Source: Fastidiosibacter lacustris (lineage in GTDB: Bacteria; Pseudomonadota; Gammaproteobacteria; Francisellales; Francisellaceae). Taken from it: a stretch of 18,036 nt of DNA. Numbering within the stretch: the first letter of the stretch is position 1; every line of letters begins with the position of its first letter. A program made the translations under genes and the position numbers. Where the stretch lies: assembly GCF_003428155.1 (NCBI RefSeq), contig NZ_QLIR01000027.1:1-18036 (forward strand), given 5' to 3'. Below are positions 1-6,423 of this stretch, in pieces. The notes beneath the pieces were generated by a model that worked only from the letters and a program-made list of their open reading frames with translations, was not told the origin of the DNA and did not search any database.

Positions 1-1
1 C

Positions 2-424
2 AAGCATAAGTTAGCGCATTATGCAGGTTTAATTGCAGCGAATGTGCTAGGGGGAATACCGAAAGCGGGGTTAAGTGCCACCGTCAGAGGTGGCAAGGCA
101 ATGGCAAAGGTGGCATTGCCAAGGGTGGTGAAGGAAAGTGGGGCGGTTCCGAAGGGAAAAGGTTTAGCGAATCCATTTAAAGATAAATCTGCTAATGAAA
201 TTGATCAGATGTTCAGAGACAAGGGATTCAATCCTAGAGGGCTTGACCCTTTGAATGGAAAAGGCGGCTACGTGAACCCTAAAACAGATCGTTCTTACCA
301 TATTGATCCTGGTGGCAAATACAAAAAAGGTACCGAGTATCCACACGTAGATGTGAACCGTGCAAACGGTTCTAAGTTACCAAAGAAAAAATACCCTCTT
401 GGAGATGTGTTAAATGACAACTGA
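2..424 (+). CDS. 5'-partial CDS: C-terminal end of a larger protein, putative polymorphic-toxin C-terminal domain
   Basis: The frame is open from base 2, with no stop before the tracked GTG at 44. A Gly/Lys/Ala-rich linker precedes a compact basic domain with paired His motifs (RSYHIDPGG ... EYPHVDVNR). The stop at 422-424 is overlapped by the next small ORF. I could not assign a family by eye. Confidence 0.45.
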   Translation, partial: KHKLAHYAGLIAANVLGGIPKAGLSATVRGGKAMAKVALPRVVKESGAVPKGKGLANPFKDKSANEIDQMFRDKGFNPRGLDPLNGKGGYVNPKTDRSYHIDPGGKYKKGTEYPHVDVNRANGSKLPKKKYPLGDVLNDN

Positions 425-650
425 TAGCTTTCTTTTGAGTTTTGAAATATCCAAGGATGGTAATGAATTAGATATCCATTGTGATGATAATGGTCTAGAA
501 AAATTACTCTCACTTCTTTCCTTGCTCAAAGGCAAAGCGCAACATGAGCATTTAATGACGCCTAGTTGGGGGGGGGGGTATGAGCTTTCTGAAGAACCTC
601 AATCAGAAGGTAGTCAGCTGCTGCATAAAGTTACCATCCATAAATGGTAG
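414..650 (+). CDS. Small acidic immunity-like protein (78 aa), translationally coupled to the upstream toxin-like ORF
   Basis: ATG 414 overlaps the upstream stop (TGA 422-424). The product is small and acidic (ELDIHCDDNGLEKLL ... HLMTPSWGGGYELSEE). Position and size fit a cognate immunity gene. Confidence 0.4.
   Translation: MTTDSFLLSFEISKDGNELDIHCDDNGLEKLLSLLSLLKGKAQHEHLMTPSWGGGYELSEEPQSEGSQLLHKVTIHKW
568..578 (+). repeat. G11 homopolymer inside the immunity-like ORF
   Basis: Direct count gives ggg at 568-570 plus gggggggg at 571-578. The tract encodes W-G-G-G in frame. It is very atypical for this AT-rich sequence. Confidence 0.95.
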
Positions 651-772
651 ATGCGCGTGACGGGATCAGATCTCAAATTTGCAAGCAAACTGATGTTGAT
701 TATTTGTTGTAATCATAATGCGATTCCTTTGCTTTTTTGGTTAAACATGACAAGTTAAAAATATTAACTCAT

Positions 773-1075
773 CTAAGCATGTTTAGAAAAAATCATCTCA
801 TATGACTTTTCAGCTGAGGTATTCTCTTTTAATAAATCGTTAATCTTAATTTCTAAATAATTCGTTATCGCTAATAATATTAATATGGTAGGATTACATT
901 TGCCATTGATAATCTTACTGACTGTTCCCGTTGATATACCCAGTTCTTTACTTAACTCAACACTATTAACGTTATTTTGATACATGTAGATTTTAAGGTT
1001 TGTGCGAATGAGGTTTAATATCTGGGGATAGGCATCTATTTCAGTAATGTTTAAATAATTGATTTCCTTATTCAT
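773..1075 (-). CDS. XRE-family helix-turn-helix transcriptional regulator (100 aa)
   Basis: Classic HTH_3 core: NSVELSKELGISTGTVSKIINGKCNPTILILLAITNYLEIKINDLL. An AAGGA lies upstream of the ATG on the minus strand. The gene diverges from the NRPS leader region. Confidence 0.8.
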   Translation of the reverse strand: MNKEINYLNITEIDAYPQILNLIRTNLKIYMYQNNVNSVELSKELGISTGTVSKIINGKCNPTILILLAITNYLEIKINDLLKENTSAEKSYEMIFSKHA

Positions 1076-1416
1076 GATGGCTTAATTTCCTTTATTCATC
1101 AATAAGTAGATCTTAGTTAAATAGGAGCATTTATACAACAAAAGTTGTTGAAATAAAATAACATGATTGATATTATTAATTTTGAGTCATTATTAAGAGC
1201 CCCCCGATTTCTTAATCGCAACCTTCATCCCCCCGACGAAATAAGGAATTACTTAACTAGCAAGGAAATGACTCAATTAATCACTTCTCTCTAAAAACTC
1301 TTCCAAATAGAAGAGAATCGCCATATTACCCGAGTTTAAATATAATGCAACTGATTTTTATTCATCAAATTGATGTTTTTTGTACTTTGAAACGGATTGA
1401 ATACATCAAATAAAAC

Positions 1417-1431
1417 TACTTGTTACAAGTA
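1417..1431. promoter_or_regulatory. 15-bp perfect palindrome TACTTGT-T-ACAAGTA, candidate operator next to a possible promoter
   Basis: Read directly. It sits just upstream of TTGAGC (1435-1440) and TATTAT (1460-1465), a -35/-10-like pair with a long 19-bp spacer, about 70 bp before the strong SD at 1491-1498. Function is not demonstrated. Confidence 0.25.
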
Positions 1432-1503
1432 ATGTTGAGCTTCTGATCTTATTTTGCTCTATTATATACATAAAATTTATACTCAAAAATGGGAGGGATA
1501 GAA

Positions 1504-1566
1504 ATGACTCTTAAATTAACAAAGCAACAGGAAGAATTTATTAAACAAAATAAATTTAATCATTAG
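1504..1566 (+). CDS. Candidate 20-aa upstream ORF (MTLKLTKQQEEFIKQNKFNH)
   Basis: It is not in the ORF track because it is too short. The strongest Shine-Dalgarno in the region (GGGAGGGA, 1491-1498) lies 5 nt before the ATG. The ORF ends 29 nt before the NRPS start codon. Confidence 0.25.
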   Translation: MTLKLTKQQEEFIKQNKFNH

Positions 1567-1595
1567 CCTAAGCTTAAAATGGGGTTGTATTAATC

Positions 1596-2195
1596 ATGCA
1601 AATTAATGTTATCGTTATTGGGGATACTGGTGTTTGTCTTGAATGCTGTAAATTAATCTTTAAGTCACAAGCTTATAACCTTATTGCTGTTATCAGCGAT
1701 GATCAAGCTGTACTAAACTGGTGTTGTCAAAATAGAATCGAAACACTGACTTATCAAGCGTATCAAAATAGCCAATATCGAGATTATTTGTTATTCAGCA
1801 TTATCAATCAACGCATTATCCCTGCTCAAATAATCAAAAAACATCAGATAAGACTTGCAATTAACTACCATGATTCTCTATTACCTGCTTATGCAGGCAT
1901 CAACAGTACTACCTGGACCATCCTTAATAACGAGAAAAAACATGGGGTGACTTGGCACAAAATGATTGATGGGATTGATGAAGGGGATATTATTCAGCAG
2001 GCTTCAGTAGCGATTACGCCAAAGGACACTGCACATAGCCTTAACTTGAAATGCACAAAAAAAGCAATTGAATTATTTAAAGCTTTATTAACTAATTTAG
2101 AAAATAATACATTAAGCGTTCAATCTCAAGATCTAAGCAAGAAAAGTTATTATGGCTTAGATTATCTCCCACAAAACTATGGATTCATTAATGAT
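1596..2195 (+). other. Formyltransferase (F) domain of the NRPS-like protein
   Basis: Asn90/His92 in INYHDSLLP (His codon 1869-1871) and Asp in IDGIDEGD match the N-H-D catalytic arrangement of methionyl-tRNA formyltransferase-type domains. Confidence 0.75.
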
Positions 2196-5100
2196 TGCAC
2201 AAGCTTAGAGGATATCCATCGATATTGTCGAGCACTTTATTTTGGCGATGATTACCCAAATCAAATCACATCGGTAAAAATACAGCTTGAAAACACCGTT
2301 TATCTATTAGATATGCCCACGTTTGCAAATATACCACACCCTTTAAGTGATATAACAGGACTCTATATTGTTTCAGGTGAAAAAGCTCTGCACTTCCCAA
2401 CTATAAGAAATGCCTATGGTATTAAGATAAACTTAAACAAAATTGTGTCAATAAACGAACTAATATCACATAAAATCATAGTCAATGATAATGACTGGAA
2501 TAAGTTAAAAGCAATTAAAAAAAATGAAAAAAAACAGTTTAATCACGCTTTAAGGCTCAGTGAGAAGGCAAATTCTATCATTAGTAAAGCAATCACAAAT
2601 GATGAATCAGCTAAATTCAGTTACTCTATTGACGTTGATGAACTAAACACTCAAGAAGCTATTTCTGCTATTTCATTGGTTTTATTGCGATTATTTCAAC
2701 AAGACGAGTTTTTAATTCATTTTTATTCAGGTGACTCTAGACTTAATCATTTATCCCATTTAATTGACAGTAAATGTTTTATTGAATTTAACCAAAAGCA
2801 ACTTGAGCTTCAACTAGGAGATTTTGCAAACTACATTGACGAAAATTCAAACAAAAAACATTTACTAACCAAAGACTTTTATTATCGATACCACTGCATA
2901 AATCTGCTTACTGATGTTGGGATTTATTATAATGGTAGTTTTACTGATAGCATTACGCCACACAGATTAAACTTTATTCTTTATGATGAAAAAATAGAGA
3001 TCATTAGCCATGACACTGACAAGCTTGAAATCAATGCGATTGTATCTTCATTACAAGTTGTCATTAGCGAATATCACTATCACTTAAAACAAAATACTCC
3101 GCTCAATGACATTAGCTTACTATCGAAAGAAGAGTATCAAAAAATCATTATTGACTGGAACAAAACCGATAAACCCTATCCGAAAGATAAAACCATTTAT
3201 CAGTTATTTCAAGAACAAGTCGAAAAGACACCTGATCATATTGCCGTGGTATTTGCAGGTCAACAACTAACGTATGCTGAGCTCAATGCTAAAGCGAACC
3301 AACTGGCAAGATATTTACGATTACTAACTGATATTCAACCCGATACTTTGATTGCTTTATGCTTAGATAAAAGCTTAGAAATAATTATTGGAGTTTTGGG
3401 TATTTTAAAATCAGGGGCGGCTTATGTACCGATTGACCCTAGCTATCCTGATGAAAGGATTAGATACATACTTGACGATACTCAAGTATCTTTATTGTTA
3501 TCCCAATCACATTATGTCTCAAGACTAAAATCTATTTCAAAGGCAAACATTATTTCATTAGATAATTATTGCTATCAAGGCTTACCAATCGATAATTTAA
3601 AACCTATAAACACATCAAATGATTTGGCTTATATTATTTATACATCTGGAACGACTGGAATGCCTAAAGGTGTTTGCATAATGCACAAAAGTTTGTGTAA
3701 TATGGCATTTTCACAACAGGAAAATTTAAATATCAATGAAAGCTCAAGAATTCTGCAATTTGCATCGATTGGTTTCGATGCCTCGGTATGGGAAATTTTT
3801 GGTGCTTTAAGTTTTGGTTCTCAACTTCATGTTATGCAGGATAAAATTAAATTACACAAAGACACTCTAGAAAAATATATTGCTTTAAATGAAATTGATA
3901 TCATAGCATCAACACCTTATAATTTAGTAACTATGACACCTTCTAATGTCAAATCATTACGGTGTTTAATTTCTGAAGGGGAGGCTTGTACTACTCATAT
4001 TTTAAATAAGTGGGGAAACATATTAATTAACTCATATGGAACAACAGAAAACACTATTTGCATGACGCTGTATAGTTTTAAAAAAGGAGATTTACCAAAT
4101 AATATTGGTAAACCTTTAGGAAATATAAAAGTTTATGTCACCGATCCTTATGCAAATAATATGCCCATAGGAATTATTGGTGAGTTATGTATAAGTGGTA
4201 TAATATTAGCTCAGAAATATTTGAATCAACCTAGAATTACTGCTGAAAAGTTTATTGCTAATCCTTTTGCGAGTGAAGAAGACAAACAAAAAGGCTATGA
4301 TCGGTTATATAAAACAGGCGATTTAGTCAGATGGCTGCCTGATGGTAATTTAGAGTACATTGGACGCAAAGATACTCAGGTTAAAATCCGCGGATTTAGA
4401 ATTGAACTGGGTGAAATTGAAAATGCTGTAACAACTATTGAAGGCATTGACCAAGCAGTTGTCATTAATAGATCCGTTAACGACGAGCAATATCTCTTTG
4501 CTTATTACACTGCACATCATCCCATTACCCCTGAATTAATAGTAGAACAACTTGCTAACAAGTTGCCACATTACATGGTGCCCAGTGCTGCCTTGCAAAT
4601 CAATGAAATACCGTTAACTATTAATGGCAAGGTTAATATAAAGGTCTTACCTGATATTCCTTTCCAAAGTGCTCAAATTTATATTGAGCCAAGGACTGAA
4701 CAGGAAAGACTTGTTTGTCAGGCTTTCTCTACGGTATTACTGATTGAAAAAATAGGCATTGATGATGATTTCTTTAGACTAGGTGGTAATTCTATTAAGG
4801 CAATTCAACTATCAATGGTCTTACAATCAAATCTTGAGATTGATGTCGCTGAAATATTTGATTTACGCACACCCAGAAAGCTTGCCTATAATAAACGTAT
4901 TACACATGATTTATTGATTGCTAAATTAGCACAAATTAAACAGTATTATACTCAGCATCATAACAAACCACTAAATTCCGCTGCATTGCTTAAAAAAGAG
5001 CAATATTTGGCAGAAGTTGCCCATATGCCGATAATACATTACACAAACAAACCAATTAAAACGGTATTATTGACTGGCGTCACTGGTTTTCTAGGGTGCA

Positions 5101-6395
5101 ATCTGTTACACCAGTTACTGACTTTAACATCCTATCAAATTTACCTTTGTATTAGAGCTAAAGATGAAGTGCATGCAAGCGAACGTATGGCACATAAATA
5201 TCAATTTTATTTTGACGTGTCTCTGGAAGATCATTTTAGTGATCGTATTATTTACATTGCTTGTGATTTAGAAAAAGAGCAGATTGGATTAGCAGATAGT
5301 GAATATCATCAACTGATTAAAAATATAGATAGCATTATTCATTGTGCTGCTTTAGCAAAACACTACGGGATTGAACAGGTATTTTATAATGCTAATGTAC
5401 AAGCAACAATTCATTTGCTTGAACTTTGTCAACTGACCAACTTGAAAGATTTTCATTATATATCGACTTACTCTGTGATGACAGGGATTGTCAATGAGAA
5501 TGAAACTATTCTAACTGAGGATGATCAGTTAACGATTGATGGTGAATGGAACTCTCCATATACTAAAACTAAATACCTCGGTGAAATCAATGCAATTAAA
5601 TGGCGTGAAAAAGGCATTAACAGCAGTGTGTATCGTGTTGGGAACTTAGCCTTTATGCAGCACAATGGCAAGGTACAGGAAGATGTTAAAGATAATGCCT
5701 TTGCAACCTATATTGCTTTTATTCGTAAGTTAGGTTGTATTGCTGATAATATGAATGAAGTAGAGATTTCACCTGCTGACATGACAGCAAAAGCGATTGT
5801 TAAACTATTTGATAAACATCAGTTAAACAATCGGACACATCATGTATTTAATCCCCATAAAATCGATTTATCTAAAATGCTGAGTACGAAAAACCATACC
5901 ACCCAAGTGATAACTTTTGAATTGTTTATTGATAGGTTAATCAATTATTTACAATACAACGATGATTGTTCTTTAATTGGAAGGTTTTTATTACGCATGG
6001 GATGGCAAGCTGATACAAAAAAGAGTCATTTCAACATAAGTAGCGGTACCACTATTTTACAAAGCAAGACGGAATCGATGTTTAAAATGATGAATTTTGA
6101 ATGGCCTATGATTAATGACAAACAGTTAACAGCTTACGTTGATAGGTTAGCCAGTACTTTTGATGGGATTGTAGAAACACCTATAACTGCTCCTAAATAT
6201 TTCAGGCTAAAACAGTGGTGGATAAGGTTTGATAAGTTGACAAATAGCGCAAAAATAAAAATGATGAGGCTTTTCAAAGCACATAAAAAAGCCATTTCCA
6301 TTGTTGGTGCGTTATTGTTTATGGCGCCATTATTTTATGTCTTAGAACTTTTAGATATGATTACTATGCTGGAATTTTTGAATGCTCCTGTTTAA
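1596..6395 (+). CDS. Single-module NRPS-like enzyme: formyltransferase - relic condensation lobe - adenylation - thiolation - thioester reductase - C-terminal hydrophobic tail (1599 aa)
   Basis: N-terminal Fmt-like motifs are INYHDSLLPAYAG and IDGIDEGDII. A-domain core motifs are LTYAELNAKANQLARYL, LKSGAAYVPIDPSYP, YIIYTSGTTGMPKGV, FDASVWE, NSYGTTE, GELCISG, YKTGDLVRW, GRKDTQVKIRGFRIELGEIE and NGKV. The T motif is FFRLGGNSIKAIQL. R-domain motifs are LLTGVTGFLG and YTKTK (YxxxK). Confidence 0.9.
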   Translation: MQINVIVIGDTGVCLECCKLIFKSQAYNLIAVISDDQAVLNWCCQNRIETLTYQAYQNSQYRDYLLFSIINQRIIPAQIIKKHQIRLAINYHDSLLPAYAGINSTTWTILNNEKKHGVTWHKMIDGIDEGDIIQQASVAITPKDTAHSLNLKCTKKAIELFKALLTNLENNTLSVQSQDLSKKSYYGLDYLPQNYGFINDCTSLEDIHRYCRALYFGDDYPNQITSVKIQLENTVYLLDMPTFANIPHPLSDITGLYIVSGEKALHFPTIRNAYGIKINLNKIVSINELISHKIIVNDNDWNKLKAIKKNEKKQFNHALRLSEKANSIISKAITNDESAKFSYSIDVDELNTQEAISAISLVLLRLFQQDEFLIHFYSGDSRLNHLSHLIDSKCFIEFNQKQLELQLGDFANYIDENSNKKHLLTKDFYYRYHCINLLTDVGIYYNGSFTDSITPHRLNFILYDEKIEIISHDTDKLEINAIVSSLQVVISEYHYHLKQNTPLNDISLLSKEEYQKIIIDWNKTDKPYPKDKTIYQLFQEQVEKTPDHIAVVFAGQQLTYAELNAKANQLARYLRLLTDIQPDTLIALCLDKSLEIIIGVLGILKSGAAYVPIDPSYPDERIRYILDDTQVSLLLSQSHYVSRLKSISKANIISLDNYCYQGLPIDNLKPINTSNDLAYIIYTSGTTGMPKGVCIMHKSLCNMAFSQQENLNINESSRILQFASIGFDASVWEIFGALSFGSQLHVMQDKIKLHKDTLEKYIALNEIDIIASTPYNLVTMTPSNVKSLRCLISEGEACTTHILNKWGNILINSYGTTENTICMTLYSFKKGDLPNNIGKPLGNIKVYVTDPYANNMPIGIIGELCISGIILAQKYLNQPRITAEKFIANPFASEEDKQKGYDRLYKTGDLVRWLPDGNLEYIGRKDTQVKIRGFRIELGEIENAVTTIEGIDQAVVINRSVNDEQYLFAYYTAHHPITPELIVEQLANKLPHYMVPSAALQINEIPLTINGKVNIKVLPDIPFQSAQIYIEPRTEQERLVCQAFSTVLLIEKIGIDDDFFRLGGNSIKAIQLSMVLQSNLEIDVAEIFDLRTPRKLAYNKRITHDLLIAKLAQIKQYYTQHHNKPLNSAALLKKEQYLAEVAHMPIIHYTNKPIKTVLLTGVTGFLGCNLLHQLLTLTSYQIYLCIRAKDEVHASERMAHKYQFYFDVSLEDHFSDRIIYIACDLEKEQIGLADSEYHQLIKNIDSIIHCAALAKHYGIEQVFYNANVQATIHLLELCQLTNLKDFHYISTYSVMTGIVNENETILTEDDQLTIDGEWNSPYTKTKYLGEINAIKWREKGINSSVYRVGNLAFMQHNGKVQEDVKDNAFATYIAFIRKLGCIADNMNEVEISPADMTAKAIVKLFDKHQLNNRTHHVFNPHKIDLSKMLSTKNHTTQVITFELFIDRLINYLQYNDDCSLIGRFLLRMGWQADTKKSHFNISSGTTILQSKTESMFKMMNFEWPMINDKQLTAYVDRLASTFDGIVETPITAPKYFRLKQWWIRFDKLTNSAKIKMMRLFKAHKKAISIVGALLFMAPLFYVLELLDMITMLEFLNAPV
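2613..3186 (+). other. Possible relic C-terminal lobe of a condensation domain (no HHxxxDG seen)
   Basis: TQEAISAISLVLLRLFQQDEFLIHFYSGDSRLN resembles the post-C4 segment of C domains. LSKEEYQKIIIDWNKTDKPYPKDKTIYQLFQEQVEKTPDHIAVV is a typical C-to-A linker. No His-motif is visible upstream. Confidence 0.35.
3198..4655 (+). other. Adenylation (A) domain
   Basis: Motifs A1-A10 are listed under the CDS entry. Specificity-pocket residues read by hand alignment to GrsA-PheA are D728 A729 W732 A771 I792 E794 S813 I821 C822 K1012. Confidence 0.9.
4683..4910 (+). other. Thiolation / peptidyl carrier (T) domain
   Basis: LGGNS motif. The predicted phosphopantetheinyl Ser1066 codon is at 4791-4793. Confidence 0.85.
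5058..6171 (+). other. Terminal thioester reductase (R) domain, SDR fold
   Basis: Rossmann motif TGVTGFLG, IIHCAALA, and catalytic Y1322-x3-K1326 (YTKTK, Tyr codon 5559-5561). The position directly after the T domain is as in terminal NRPS/CAR reductases. Confidence 0.85.
6291..6356 (+). other. Predicted C-terminal transmembrane / tail-anchor helix of the NRPS-like protein
   Basis: AISIVGALLFMAPLFYVLELL is about 21 mostly hydrophobic residues, preceded by a basic stretch (KMMRLFKAHKK), 12 aa from the C terminus. Confidence 0.5.
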
Positions 6396-6423
6396 ACATT
6401 TAAATTAGAATTAAGGATTGGAG

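Noticed and set aside
164-513. Minus-strand ORFs 164-346 and 295-513
   Set aside because: They lie entirely antisense to the toxin-like and immunity-like ORFs. They have no SD and low-complexity, unrecognisable products, so they are typical shadow ORFs.
650-772. Small hairpins (TTTGC-AA-GCAAA at about 689-700; AGTTAA-AAATA-TTAACT at 754-770) as terminators between the convergent genes
   Set aside because: The stems are only 5-6 bp and AT-rich, with no convincing U-tract, so they are too weak to call.
1163-1294. 43-codon ORF (MIDIINFESLLRAPRFLNRNLHPPDEIRNYLTSKEMTQLITSL) as a toxin partner for the XRE regulator
   Set aside because: It has no Shine-Dalgarno and no recognisable family. It is divergent from the HTH gene rather than co-oriented, so there is insufficient support to call a TA pair or a CDS.
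1504-1566. The 20-aa uORF as an MbtH-like NRPS partner or RiPP precursor
   Set aside because: It is far too short for an MbtH-like protein (about 60-70 aa with conserved Trp residues). It has no Cys/Ser/Thr-rich core or linked maturase genes. It is kept only as a possible leader peptide.
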